Assembly (NCBI RefSeq): GCF_964204645.1
Contig: NC_134033.1
Span: forward strand, 4,178,231 to 4,242,230
From: Tubulanus polymorphus
Taxonomy: Eukaryota; Animalia; Nemertea
Reading direction: 5' to 3'
Length of the DNA stretch: 64,000 nucleotides
A model generated the notes under the pieces. It was not told the origin of the DNA and searched no databases. It was given only the letters and a program-made list of their open reading frames with translations. The position numbers and the translations under genes are program-made. This document shows positions 20,391 through 33,897 of this stretch, piece after piece (the stretch's first letter is position 1; every line of letters begins with the position of its first letter).

Positions 20391-20949
20391 AATTTCACTC
20401 GACGCATTTACAATGCATTCAGTTAGATCTAGTATAAAATAAGAACAAATCTACTCACCACTGTATATTTAATTTGAAGGTGAGCATATTTTTTTCAAAA
20501 AGTGTAACTTAATATGCTTGTGCTTGTGTATATATTGTGTATGTGTATTCTGCGATTGTAGTGTACGTTAATTGTTTGATAGTTATTTGCGTTTTGTAAA
20601 CTTTGAAATCCACAACTAGATATCAATCATTATTTTATAAAGGTATCAATCATGATGAAAGAAGAAATGAGAACACGCGGCATCGAAGTGTTATTAGGTT
20701 CGACGGAAAAAAAACTTCAATGAGCTGTGTTTATGGACGGGTTAGAACTGGACGCGCCAGTCAGACACGTAGCTGATTTCAGCAGAGACGATCAGTTTAA
20801 TTGTGTTATATAGAATGTTACTTACGGGTGATACTATTGTCTTTAAACACCAATTATCACCCGATGCTAAAACTCTGTAAGTTTTCTGTTCAAGTCACCT
20901 GTCATATAAGTTAATTCTGAGCTCTACCGTACAAAACAATTGATAGTTT

Positions 20950-21230
20950 ATTCACACTGACGATTTATATTTGTTCGTTTCTGATGAAACTCGCATAAAA
21001 AAAAACAACAAAGAAATTGGAAAAGAAATTAAAACAAGCGATGATCCAGATGAAAGCCGTGAGAACAGTGTTCTCATTGAGGTCAGAACAGGATAATAAT
21101 TGATCAGGATCCTGGAGACACCGGTCAATATTCGGTGCAATACAACATAATTCATACGCGTCCGAAGCGAGGACATATAAAGACGTCAGATTATCAAAGA
21201 TATTATTTTCCACAGAAATTATTCGAGATT
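20950..21230 (-). pseudogene. Degraded fragment of the GRL101-like receptor (LRR hinge to TM1)
   Basis: ENNIFDNLTSLYVLASDAYELCCIAPNIDRC... is near-identical to ~40960-41240, with frameshifts. Confidence 0.85.
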
Positions 21231-22005
21231 TGTCAGAAAAGAGACTTTACGACAGAAAAGGGATGTTTGGTGACAAAGTAGTCGAGAAACTGGACAGACA
21301 GTTCTGTGTACGCCGTAGCTGACCGGGTAACTGGTGCCGATGCGGGAAATATTTTCTAAAGAAACGGCTCGATTCAGTCGTGATACCTGCTGGAACCGGC
21401 CAGCTCAGGCGACGAGACAGTTTGATAAGTTTCGATTTAGATAAATCACACGAGCAATGGAGTATTGGGCATCGATTTCATACATTAGTAGAACTTTATT
21501 TTTTGTTTTCGTTTAAAATATGCGCACGCTTCCAAACGTAGTTGACTTGAAGCAAAATTGTTGGTAAAAGAAGTAAAATTTCACCCCGATTCTAGAATAA
21601 ATTGCTTCTCAATTTGCATCTAATATAAAAGAATTGTTTACCCTAGATTTTACGCGAGAACCACGTGCCAAATGATTCCTCTTTCATAGGAATAAAAGTT
21701 GAATCACTTCCATGAAAATCGACCCCCGCAGACACCGACTGACTATAAGCCCGGAAATGTTGCGGCAATATCGTTCTTGACTCCTCGAAAGGAATTGTCG
21801 TCCATGCGTCTGATAGGATCAGCTTACGGAGGTCAGACAATTTTATTCATCTAACGATTTTCACTTTTTGCTTGCTTCCTCTGTTTGCTTATCCAGCGCG
21901 CATTATCAATCATCCAAACGTTCTGTTAAACTTCCTCAATCAGATAGATTATAGTTCTAGATATGTATACGGTATATGTGAATCAATCCTTTCAATGTAA
22001 CAATA

Positions 22006-25000
22006 ATGAAGACGCGTTTGTTCTCAATCATCTGCACAGTTTTTTTACTGCTGGGAAATTGTTACATTACAGAAATATCTGGAACTAATACGGATACAAT
22101 AAGTAAGTAACTGACCGCCGTTACTCGACTTTGTGATGATATTTTTGCCTGATTTGCAAATCTTTGGTCGATGGCGCCAGAGTCAATGATGTAGATAATA
22201 TAATTGCTACGGGCCCTATAAAATGTATCTGACGAATAAGAACAAACTATTATCAGGAGATTTACAAACTATGAGATCCTGTCTGACACGTGACTCGTTT
22301 ATTTGACCGCACACATACGTATTCCTCCTCCTCATCCGATTGACTTTATTTTTCGTGAAGTTTGAATCTTCATGGCTGGTTGATAAAGACGAGTCCCTTA
22401 TAATCACCTCAAAAACCAGGGGAAAAGCAGAATATTGAGCAAAGGGGGAAGGCAGTGTATTACCAGGTAAATAATGTTTTATGCGTTCATAAAAATGTGC
22501 GCATTGCCTACAGTAGTTTCTGGCAGGCGCTACAAATAGCAATCTATGTAGATTTTAATTGTGGTTAGTTTCATCATTAATATGATTGATCTCACTATCA
22601 GAAATTATCTTTACACGAGGCATGGGACGGGTTCGATACCCTCTAATCCCCCCCCCCTCCTTGGATTTTCTCCTGATAAGTTATTCGAAGTTTGACCGAG
22701 TGCTGTCAATTCATTCGTTTCAGTATTTCTTTCAAAGCCAGATCTCGGAGGAAACCCCGACAGTAAAACACAAGGAGAAATTGTAAATTACACTTGTAAA
22801 ATTGTCGGAAATTTTAATGTAATATTCCAAGAGAAGAGAAGAGCTTCAGAACAATGGGAAACAATTCCAGACGACAAGCTTCACAGAGCTAGCGTAAAGA
22901 ATGTCCATTCCGTTGAGCTAATACTCCAAGCAGATTTCAAACTACACAATGGAACGTCATTTAGATGTCTTGTAAAGGAAAGCCCAACAGATCCCGAACC
23001 TATTCAGTTTGATCTAATCGTACTAGTTAATCGAACTGGTAAGTAACAGTTTGTGTAGCTAATTGAAATAGTTAAAAGATTTTAGAACATTAAAACTTGC
23101 TTTCTTGGTTTCCTACAAATATCAAAGAGTCAAATTGTGCCGATAAAATGTCCAATGTCTGGTGTTTTTAGTTTCATCCGTAGTTTCATTTTCTATTAAA
23201 AATGTCCCTGGTCAAGTGCTGAACACATGTGGAGAATGGACGACCAATTTTTTGAAAGTGTTCATTTAAAATAATCTCATGTAAATATCATCTGTTTCGA
23301 CATCGAATTTACTTTTGTTTTCACGCATTATTTTCGTTGAACCGCGGTTTGTTGCCTCCTCGTTGATGTATTTATTCCGTCCGTTCATCTCCGTACAAGA
23401 ATAAATTTTGTGTCAACCATTTTACGGCTCTCAGATTTAAGAATTAGATCGTTGATTTCACAGTCTGAAGCACTGTTTTCTGACTGGCCACGCAGGAAGT
23501 ATTCTTTATTAGGCGCCGCATTCATAACGGATCTCATTTTCGTGTTTGTTGTTCATTTTATGCGAAAAGGCACATTGATTTACAAATCAGCTATTTTGCG
23601 TTCCGGGTACTGTACTTAGTTTACGCAAAGATCCAGCATAAGGTTTTCTAGAATTTTTGCACAGTCAAAAGAGTGAAAAAATTGCCTAACATCATTAACT
23701 TCATCAGGTGACGGGGGAAACCAATGGCATTTACTGAAAAATGGCTAAAAGCTGGGTGGGTCTAGGAGGAGGTATGACATCATGTGACCAGTGATAGTTA
23801 ATTACTATTAGGCGTTACTACGGTGTTGAATGCATATTGTTCATTACGGAAAACACTTTTTTCCAGGCTACTTTGAAAGCAAAACCGCACGCAGTGAAAG
23901 TTACTTTCAAAATGTAGTTTTTTTTCTCTCATTTCAGATGATTCAAGTTCCACTCAAATCCCGATGACTGAAACCACTACATTCGGGTCAGTATTCATTT
24001 CGAGCTAAAAATGTCCGACGGAAAAAGTTCCTAGACGATGTACGGGTTCCTGTTGTTTCGTAACAACGGCTGATACTAGACTACGTATCACACTCTGCTT
24101 TGCGGTCTATGTGTTTTGTGAAATAGCTTGATTCGATATCTCGCTTGTCTCTGGTTTCCGAATAAGAATCACGTGCTGGTTGGTGTATTCATAATGCTGA
24201 TGTTTAGATCTGTTGGGGTCAATGAAACTGGAATTGTAATAAAAACTGGGACATTCACTAATTATTCATGTCGTTTTCTACCATCAGCTGAAAATTTGGG
24301 AATAAAGGCAATCGAAAAATATGTGACATCGATGCCGCTACCACCAGCCCTGCTTTTGTTCAATTCTTCGCTGGTAATTTGTTTTTTGATTGTAAATTTC
24401 GTCCTTTTCATTCAGAGTTCGCCTGGTTACTACTGAAGAAAAGTTTCGCTCGAAAAACAAGGTCATTATAAATTTAACTTATAAAGGCAAACTTTCATAT
24501 AACTTCCATGCGTTTTTTACGTAAAAGTCCCCGGATCCAACACGCATTAATACCCACTTAACGTAGGGTAAAACAAAACAAACTTTGGAATAATTATATA
24601 CATAAAATATAATTTTCATCACCTTAATATTTATTGATATATTCATTTTTTTTTCTTAGACTGACCCAACCGTCCAGCCTAAACTGGGCCACACTGTCCG
24701 GACCACACATGACTGGACCATGTCGATAGTTTACATCATTAGTGGAGTTATCGGTTTCCTCCTCATCATCGTTATTATCGTAGTCATCGTTTGCAGGTAT
24801 TTACTAAACAAACACGGTAGATTTCTGAAGAGATTATAACTGTGTCTGATTGGACCGAAGTTCAATATCAAGGTCGATTGTAGAGCTCTATAACTAATGA
24901 TAAGCGGTTGTCGTTAGTTCCAAGTCGAGTTTGTCGGTGACGTCATGTATAAATGATAACGTAACCGCGCGCGTGTCTACTTGTCACTTCGTATCGAACA

Positions 25001-25901
25001 TACACGACAAATGTTGCTATTATATTGTGGGCTTTCCTGAAAAAAATGGCTGATAACCAAAAAAACTAGTCACAGTGGCTTTATGTCACAACAAATAGCC
25101 GAACGTGACGAACGTGATAAAGCATTTTGATTTTTTAATTGATCGGAAAACAGGTTTTCGTAAGGTAGGCCTACTGGCAGTACATTAATTGTTCAAATTC
25201 CAATAAAAAATGTCGAAGTTCCAATTTTCTCTAATTATTCTTCAAAGTAATGACGACTTTGATAAACTCATAGGAATTGCAGATACGGACCAATACACGA
25301 GCTTTTTATGCGGAGTTAACTCTTCTTTTCAAGAAGTTTTTCTAGATGCGGGCTTTGCAGTAAATGATCTGAACAGTATGATCTCTGATCAAAATCTTAC
25401 ATTATTTCAACATTTCTTTCTCGCTCGATTTCTTCAGCGCAAAACTACCCATTTTTCAGACGCAGGCGACTTTCCAGTGGAGATCGTGTGGACACTACAC
25501 CCGAGTCTACAACACCGCAGCAACAAGTCGAGATGGTGTATGGAGTCAACGAGGAGTTGAATGATGTCATAGATTCGGGTAACGAAACTGACATACCACA
25601 CACCAGCAATCAGAAAGTTACTACAGATCCGTGCGTGGATACTGAGGCCACAAACAACAAATATACGACTCCTTATATGGATATGGGAGCAGGGGGAGAC
25701 ACGCATAGAGATCAGTTCTCGAATCCCGAACCTTTCGTGACGTATCATCAGTTAACGGAAGATACTGGTGAACCTGTGAAAGATGATATTCAACATTATT
25801 CTTACGCTTCTGTTGAATATACTCATGATCAATTTCCCTTAAGGGCTGCCGCTGGACAAACAGTAACTGATTGTACATACACAAAACATACTAGGTTTTA
25901 A
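22006..25901 (+). CDS. Multi-exon type I membrane receptor: signal peptide, one Ig domain, TM, tyrosine-motif (ITIM/YxxM) tail
   Basis: Exons 22006-22102 (MKTRLFSIICTVFLLLG), 22724-23038 (VNYTCKIVG...W...SFRCLV), stalk exon(s) near 23938-23990 and/or 24288-24373, 24660-24796 (TM IVYIISGVIGFLLIIVIIVVIVC) and 25460-25901 (YMDM, VTYHQL, YSYASV). Compatible GT-AG phases; stalk exon use unresolved. Confidence 0.7.
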
Positions 25902-27828
25902 TATATCGTTTCAATGGTTACAACATCTGCTAAATGAAATCGACTAAAACTACTTTATCGAAACAATAATTGATTTCACATTTAGCATATGATAATCAAC
26001 CAGGTGTCTAGTTTGGTTTGAGTCTCTGACTTGTGCAGCAGACGGATGGGGTGTCAGATCCGTCCACATCACTGCACCACGCAACTGATGAACTGGGTTG
26101 TCCATAACATTCTCCCTTTAAAAAGGACATCACCGAGAAATATCGTGAATCTTTAGCAAATGTTTACTTTGGTCGAATTATATTCAAACTGTAAATTGAA
26201 ATTCCAATGATTAATCTTCAAAAATTAATCTTAAAATCGTTACCTTAAATAGAGTAAGCATGAAGTCAAATAGTCATTTGTAGCTTAACTAGATTATTTT
26301 TTAGCAAGTATGAGCTTTGTCGAAAATTTGGTAATGTTTATGAGACAAGGAATGCTTTACGTAGATAAAAAGGATTTTCAACAAGGATAGACACAAAATA
26401 GATATAATTGTCGAACGGATATGTAAATAGATATAATATAGTATTATGTACAATCAGACTTTGTGCTGAAAAACCATCGTGAAAATTACAGCTGGCATCA
26501 ACTGTGTGTAACGAATCCCAAAAGAAGAGAAAGATAAAGTTAGAAAAGTCACTTTTTATGTTAATAGTTCATTGGTTATCTCGCTTGCCGCAAACTCTTA
26601 ACGTTTTTGTAATCGTTTGACAACTATGACGTCATGCCAATGCTAGTTAAATTGTTCGAAAGTCGTAGTAAAAATAACGCCGACGCTTCTCTTTTTCGTA
26701 GTAACTACAAATTGAAACTCCGTTTACGTTAAATATTAGACACAGCTGAAAATGACTTAACATAATGTTTCGATTATCCCCATCAACAAAGCGTCGCCAG
26801 ATTTATGATTTAATGGTCCACAAAAGTTATTTCATCACATATTTGCTCGTTAATTGCTACCAACATGCATGTATAACTGGCTTAGATCCAGAAATCTAAA
26901 AATGAAACTTCTGGGTATAACGAGGTCATGCGCCAGAATGTCAGTAGATGGCGCCACGTAAATGTAAATATAGTCGTTCTGGGAAACCCAGAAATAATTT
27001 TGAAAAAATAAACGGCAACCCGAATTCGATTTTATGCTATCACGCCGTAACTCGTAAGTTTAAACACGGTTCACAACTCGAAAGTGAAACGGATCATGAT
27101 AGCGACACGAATACGAATACGCTCCAAACATTTCCATGGTAAGAGGATGGAAAAAACGGTACTTAAAAATAATTACATAAACGTTAATTAATTAAAGCAT
27201 TTAAAACATCATAAACTGGACTCACATTCTACCGCAGAGGTCTCGACATCTACCGCAGAGATTCAGAATTACGATTTAGACCGGACCTGGTACCAATTTC
27301 TGTCCACACAGATTCAGACTGGTCTAAAATTTGGACCGAACCTGGTTCGCTCTTTTAGAACCAAATTTAGACCGGTCTAAATTTCGTCTTTTGAACGCGC
27401 CCTTAGAATAAACCGAATTAGTCTTGGGTCAAACGACAACCTTTCCTGGTTATACTCCCAAGTAGGCATTTGGTCGGGAGCACTCGGAGATCTTCAGTGA
27501 CGATGAAGAAATGCTTCGAAAATATTAACAGTAAGAAACGATATTTATTATTTCCACAGAAAATCCGTGGACACACATTTCATGGGGTCGTGGGTGGTCG
27601 TGTACGTACGGAAGTGGATACGTAATGTCCTATCTATATGAGGTACAACCAAAAATTATCACGATTGATCAGGATTCGCAATTGAGATTCACTTGGGGTA
27701 AATTGATGAATATGTACGAACAAACTACGTTTTAACAATAGACTTTACCACTATATATTTGACTACAAGCAACGTATGAATATATCTATATCAGACTATT
27801 TTACACTACTAGGCTACTATATCTGTTA

Positions 27829-28386
27829 GGCCACACAAAGAATAACCCTAGTTTCTCATCAGATTTTTATCTGGAAAGTGACGAAGGCGGGCGAATTTTA
27901 TCTTTATTATTTTTTCGAATGAAAAAGTTGAAATAAAAAGCTAAACCTGAGACTTATAGAACAAACGCGGGAGGGAAGTTTTTTTTCCAATGCCAAACAA
28001 ATACCATTAATGCAAGTAGAACATATGCCCAAAAAAAAACTTTATTTAGAATTAAGTAGCTCCCAAAAACCTATAAAATCAAACTATATCGACTCATTTA
28101 ATGGAAACTAATTTTCGCAGGTTTCACGCTTCCTCGTAATATGGAAAATGAAACGAACCTGGCGCTGTTTTTGTCACCGTAAATGTTGATTACATGTACG
28201 TCGAGGATGAGCATATTAACGCCCGCAGATAAAAATACCACTGTCGTGGACACTATACAGCTACGCAGGCGAGCGGGTTTTAATTTTTTATCAAAAAACG
28301 CATTTGTCTTTTTAGTTTTTATTAGGGATTTTTTCATGGTGTGGGTGGCATTTGACTTTCTTGAGAAACTAGTTTGTCGTGTGGTC
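27829..28386. mobile_element. PIF/Harbinger-type MITE
   Basis: GGCCACAC...CTAGTTTCTC / GAGAAACTAG...GTGTGGTC termini with TTA target duplication. Same family as 36048-36641. Confidence 0.7.
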
Positions 28387-28996
28387 TTAGACTACCAACC
28401 GATGACTACTACGATCAACGTTCGTTATAACGCCAACATACTTAATGTGGTCGCTCACTTAACGCCATCGTGTTTCAGAGAACAAATCTGCCAAATCCAA
28501 CACAAACGAAAATGCTATTCTGTATGAGATGTCAATTTTGTTATAATGCGGTGTGTTCAATTGGTCCCAATAGTGGCATTTAAAAGGACTTCTACTGTAT
28601 ATCCATACGACACTACTTTACGTATTTGACTACATCTATATTATGAACATAACTATAATGAATCACATTTGACTAATGCCCTACCGTAGCAATTTGTTTC
28701 GAAGTTCGACGATAAGTAGATACTGTTTCTTTTTTATTTTGTGTCTATATTTTCCCGTGGACTCTAAAACGAATTTCGTTTTAGAGTCCATGATTTTCCG
28801 AAGCAAGCTTTCTATGAGTACATTTAAACGACTGTAAGACATCTCTAGAGAATGCTGAGCAGCAGGTTTGACTAGTTCGCCATCTAGAGGTAATACAAGT
28901 TTTGAATCTGTCTTCAGTCTGGTAACCACGCCCATACCTATTAGATTACATCGTCCCGGGTATGACACCATCGGTTGAAGAGTTCTTTAAATCTAC

Positions 28997-30154
28997 TCAA
29001 TATTTGGTGGCTGGACTAAAATTTAATTTCGCTCGACACATATAAAACACTCGTTTGTTGACGATGAAAGCCAAGAAAACCAGAAAACATTGACACGAAT
29101 TCAACAAATTGAAGAACTACCAGAGATAATCGTTATTTACGAACGACGCTACGAACCCGACCACCCACGTGACCCCGGTCACTAAAGCCATCCGGTAGAA
29201 AATGAATGTGGTCGTTCTCTTCTGTTTGGCGTTAGATGAAGAAGTGGACATCGCGGTGAATGACCGGTGAATGCGGTAAACTGTAGCTACGAATAGAATC
29301 ATACTGACCAGATCGATAATACCGATCGGTAGAACGAACGCCATCAATTGGGCAAAACTGGAACTAAACCAACAAGTAACGGGGCTACCGTAAACCGCAC
29401 CGGAGTAGTGAGTGGTATCGGTGTTGTGTAGGACGATACAGGGTCCGACAATGAGGAGTGGAGAAAGCCAAACTGATAGTAGATAGTACAGTAACATCTT
29501 AGGAGAATCGACCGGTTTACGAATAGCAGAAAATTTAGTGAACATATGAACAGAAACAGAGGCCATAGAAGCGAAAACAACCATCCAAATATAGTGTTTA
29601 ACAGCGGCCATCGACACGCATAGTAATCGATTATCAATGCCGATCAGGCTGGAAATATGAAGAGTTTGAGCCACGGCGAGAGTTATACAGAGATTGACGA
29701 TGAGTTTACCGGGAAGAGTTCGCAGATCGGGAATATTCAAATAGATTACGACCGTTATCACGAGACTGACGACGGACAGACAGCTACAGGTGAAGGTTAT
29801 CAGAAAATCGCGATCGGAAAATAACGAACTGACCGTTATTTTGAATTTTGAATTGTTTTGTCGTCTGCAAACCATGGCTCCTGTACTAGAATACACTCGC
29901 ACGCAGTCGATGATTTTAGTGGAACATTTACTCGATTTTATTATCTGCGTTTTTCCGTCGTCTCTGATGAATTGGAAAATTCTGTAGTATTTGAAAGACG
30001 GGTTGGACTGGGCTAGAAAAAAGTTACTTCCGGTTTGGGTCATATTATTTTCTACGTCTGCCTCTGTATCGATGATGTCACGGCCAGTATTCTTAGTCAA
30101 ACTCGTAGTCGACAACTCGTAACTGGAAATGGTCACCAGACTGCCATCATTACC
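28997..30154 (-). pseudogene. Adhesion/secretin-class (methuselah-like) GPCR 7TM exon with a nonsense codon, cut by the mini-element
   Basis: LRTLPGKLIVNLCITL, HYIWMVVF, YGSPVTCWF, GVTWVVGF. In-frame TAG at 29117-29119 (DYLW*FFNLLNSCQCFLVFLAFIVNKRV). The frame runs up to the element junction at 30154. Confidence 0.85.
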
Positions 30155-30485
30155 AGTAATAGGGATAATAGGCTTTCAAGCCAAAGGTCGAACGGTCGAG
30201 CTCATAAAAAATGAAAATTATGAAAATAATAACAATTTCTACTTGAATTAGTCACGAAACTCATAAAAAATGAAAAATAATTCTCACACACTCGAATTTA
30301 TTTTTCATTTTTACTCGCTAGAAAAAAGTGTGAGTGAAATAAATTCGAGCGCGCGAGAATTATTTTTCATTTTCTATGAGTTTCACTCCTAATTCAAGTA
30401 GAAATTGTTATTATTTTCATGTTTTTCATTTTTAATGAACTCGACCATTCAACCTTTGATATGAAAGCCCATTACCCCTATTACT
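30155..30485. repeat. Terminal ~331-bp imperfect palindrome of the mini-element
   Basis: 30155-~30302 is the reverse complement of ~30337-30485. Confidence 0.95.
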
Positions 30486-31078
30486 CTTAAAATATTCATA
30501 TACATGAATAAAATATATATATGAATAACATATAAATTGATAGATTATTCAATATAAAAGTCTGAGTGAAATAATTCATATTTAAAAAATTGAATATTTA
30601 TATTTGAATGAGTTTTAATAAAAATTTTGTTATAAAAATGAAGAAAGAAGAAGAAGAACCCAACTTTGAAATCGAAATCAATGAAAACAATAAATCATTT
30701 TCACAGTTTTACATTAAAAATTATATTTCAGTCACAAATTTAGTGTCCGCCAGACATTATAAAATTGAAAACATTACTATGATTAATCAACTCTTTTATT
30801 AATGATAAGTGTAAATACATAATTGAATATGATTTATAATTTTCCAAATATTTATGATAAATCTGTTAGATAAATAGATATTGAAACAGAAATATATATG
30901 ATAAAACTATTTATATTACTTTCTTGGCAAGAATCTTGGATTCTTACTCGTACGTCTAGTACATAGATATATAAATTAGTTTTATAATAATAAAAAACAT
31001 AACATTATTAATCTAGATATAGAAATAGTTATAATATTATCTATTTTTATATTTTCAACCAATTTAACAATCTATTGC

Positions 31079-31381
31079 TTAATTTGAATTATACAGTTTA
31101 TCATCTAATTCATGAATATATTTATGATTTCTCAAACTCTTTTTATTTTTATATCTTTTATTACATATTTCACAGCATTTAATATTATTTATTCGATCTG
31201 ATAGATAATTTATATTTTCTTTCAATTCTGTATATCTAATTTTACAAGAATCATAAAATTCTAACAACTGTTTTATACTATGAATTGAAAAAGAAAATAA
31301 ACCTGTAAGCATAATAATTGATTTAATATTCTGTTGATTTTTATATATTAGATGTAATAAGTTTAATATATTTTCACTCAT
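31079..31381 (-). CDS. Small protein with hydrophobic segment and C2H2 zinc finger
   Basis: CEICNKRYKNKKSLRNHKYIH; IIMLTGLFSFSI. Confidence 0.55.
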   Translation of the reverse strand: MSENILNLLHLIYKNQQNIKSIIMLTGLFSFSIHSIKQLLEFYDSCKIRYTELKENINYLSDRINNIKCCEICNKRYKNKKSLRNHKYIHELDDKLYNSN

Positions 31382-31419
31382 TTTTATAGTCAAAATATAT
31401 GAAATTAAAAGATGCTGTT

Positions 31420-31605
31420 TTAATCCTCTAAATCATTTTCTAAATTAACTTTTTTATTCTTTTTATTTCTGTGATTGTTTCCATTTAACTTCTTTAATTT
31501 TTTACTCAATTTATTATTTTCATTCATCAAATCTTTTGAAATATTCTCATAGTAAAAATATAATGCTGCTAATATTAAACCTCCAGCAACTAAATAATGT
31601 TTCAA
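31420..31605 (-). CDS. Small signal-anchor protein, possibly 5'-degraded
   Basis: YLVAGGLILAALYFYY followed by a basic tail. Non-ATG start in the ORF track. Confidence 0.4.
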   Translation of the reverse strand: MKHYLVAGGLILAALYFYYENISKDLMNENNKLSKKLKKLNGNNHRNKKNKKVNLENDLED

Positions 31606-31763
31606 ATCACTTTTCCCCGTTGGGATGAAACCATCAGTTTATTTAAGAGAAAAATTAAACAGTTCATAAAATATTTGCTAGTTTTTAATTAAATATTTTA
31701 TAATCATTTTAAAAATATTAAACTTTTAAATGATTAAATCAAATAACAATTAAATTTACAACC

Positions 31764-32072
31764 AAACAATTTAACATTTCAACAGTCTAACAATTTAACA
31801 TTTCAACTGTCAAACAATTTATCATTTCAACTGTCAAACAATTTAACATTTCAACTGTCAAACAATTTATCATTTCAACAGTCGAACAATTTATCATTTC
31901 AACTGTCAAACAATTTATCATTTCAACTGTCAAACAATTTATCATTTCAGCTGTCTTATCATTTCAACTGTCAAACAATTTATCATTTCAACTGTCAAAC
32001 AATTTATCATTTCAACTGTCAAACAATTTATCATTTCAACTGTCAAACAATTTATCATTTCAACTGTCAAAC
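31764..32072. repeat. 24-bp tandem minisatellite (~13 copies)
   Basis: Unit AAACAATTTATCATTTCAACTGTC. Confidence 0.95.
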
Positions 32073-33459
32073 GATATCACAGAGATAGATTTCTGTTTTC
32101 AATTATTTTTTCTGGCGGACACTAAATTTGTTGCTGAAATATAATTTTTAATGTAAAACTGTGAAAATGATTTATTGGTTTCATTGATTTCGATTTTAAA
32201 GTTGGGTTCTTCTTCCTCTTTCTTCATTTTTATAACAAAATTTTTATTAAAACGAATTTTTATTTGAACGAATTTGCCAAATCTTACTTAACCCTGGGAT
32301 ACCCACACATACTTCTGACAGTAGGGCATACCCCATATTTATTTTTTTCAGTTCATTTGGGTCCCTTATGACCAATCAATATCAGTTTTGGGTATATTTT
32401 CACATCAACATGCTTTTTGCGAGGGGTCACATATGACCCCCAACTGCTTCATTATTAGTTAAGAGTACCTAAATATTTTCAGAGAAACTTCATAATATGA
32501 AAAAGTGCATCCTTTGCCCAGTGTTCCATATATGACCCCAATTCGTTGATTGAAAACGTACAAGCTACGTTTTGGCTATGGGTCATATAGGGTGGTAAAT
32601 TTAATTTATGGAGCGCCACCATTTCTACCCGTTCAGACATGTCGATACAATATCGTAATTTCTAAGTGAAAAACGTTTTCTTTAAGAATAATTAAAATCT
32701 GACTAACAGATCCGCTCGAAAATTTAGAACCGAATCGGTCTTTTGGTTCGTCTAAATTGGTCAGTAATCTAAAATACTCAACAAATTCAGAACAGATCTG
32801 GATCAGTTTCGTATGGTGGCTGATTCGAGCTATTCTAAAAAAAAATTCGACCGATGAAACGATTAAACAATTTTCATATTCGTTTTTTTTCTATTTAACG
32901 CGCGGGAATTCAAAAAGTTTGGTTTGTCTCGCGCGATTGAACGAAAAATATTGAATTCACGCGCGGGAAAACCGCCAATGTGAAAAATTTTTTATCGTTG
33001 CTCCAGCCGTGCAGAAAATATATTAGTATGGCCCGAATCAGCCACCATAGCTTTTGGTTGGTCTAAATACGTCAGTGTTGAAAAAGAATGGGCCAATTTA
33101 GAACGAGCCATTCGCAAGTTGTGCACCCTCGGTCCGTTCTAAATTCGAACGGACTAAATTTACACGGACTACATTTTTACGGACTAAATTAAGTAACACA
33201 GTGTGAACACGGCTGATAAATGCTAATCTCTTAATCGTAAACTTTCCCCGCAAGAAACTAACGAAATAGTTTTTGACCTACCGGTGCAGATGATCAGAAG
33301 AAAAAATCGATCCGCGAAGGATTGGCGCGACATCTTAAACACAACTCGATTGGCAACTCGTAAATGAGATCGAGTAGAACGACTTTTGCCATCTTATACG
33401 GTAAGATATCGTAACCTGTTATTATCTTCACCAGATATCACAGGCTGTTCGCGAGGCGT

Positions 33460-33770
33460 AATAATAATAATATCATTGATCATAATGATAATGATTATAT
33501 GTGTCTTATATAGCGCTAAAGCTGCTCAGAGTGTTTTAGATTTTACGGTATTAATACCCCAACCATTTTGATACCCTCACATGTATCAGTCATCTCTACC
33601 TGGGGAGAAATAAATAACCGGAGTCATCTATCAGGCCAGATACCCATTTCTCCTGGGTGGAGAGAGGCAATGAGGATAAGTGTCTTGCCCGAGTACACTA
33701 CGGTAATGTTCGAACCTACGACCTGGCTTCCCTAATCAGCCGAACGCTCTAACCGCTCCGCGCTCCACAC
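33460..33770 (-). mobile_element. tRNA-derived SINE with CORE/Meta-like central domain
   Basis: Minus strand: A-box-like GCGGAGCGGTTAGAGCG, B-box GGTTCGAAC, GGGCAAGACACTT...CTCTCTCCACCCAGGAGAAATGGGTA, and tail GCGCTATATAA plus (TAT)n. Confidence 0.7.
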
Positions 33771-33897
33771 CGAGGCGTGGATACAGAAGTCCATCATATC
33801 GAGTGCCCATACTTTAATTTTCGAACACCATCGAGCTAGGGTTCTGGATCCGCCCCTGATAGTAACTATAGGAGTTATGCTCCGTTGCGGGAGATCT

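Larger units (their letters stand above)
30155..32253. mobile_element. Non-autonomous mini Polinton-related element (right end truncated)
   Basis: The left terminus AGTAATAGGG...CCAAAGGTCGAACGGTCGAGC matches the reverse complement of the large element's end. Internal inverted repeat 30612-30754 / 32111-32253. AT-rich, with only small ORFs. Confidence 0.85.

Noticed and set aside
18097-30154. Host DNA captured between two TIRs of one composite element
   Set aside because: The two termini face away from their own elements toward this interval, their stems differ substantially, and the flanks (TATATC versus ATTACC) are not a duplication.
31764-32072. Possible CRISPR array (regular 24-bp repeats)
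   Set aside because: The units are contiguous with no unique spacers, there are no cas genes, and the context is eukaryotic.
32288-33213. piggyBac-like start (TTAA-CCC at 32288) and Harbinger-like end (CAGTGTGAACACGGC at ~33213)
   Set aside because: Only single ends were found, so boundaries could not be established. They are probably TE debris that removed the mini-element's right end.
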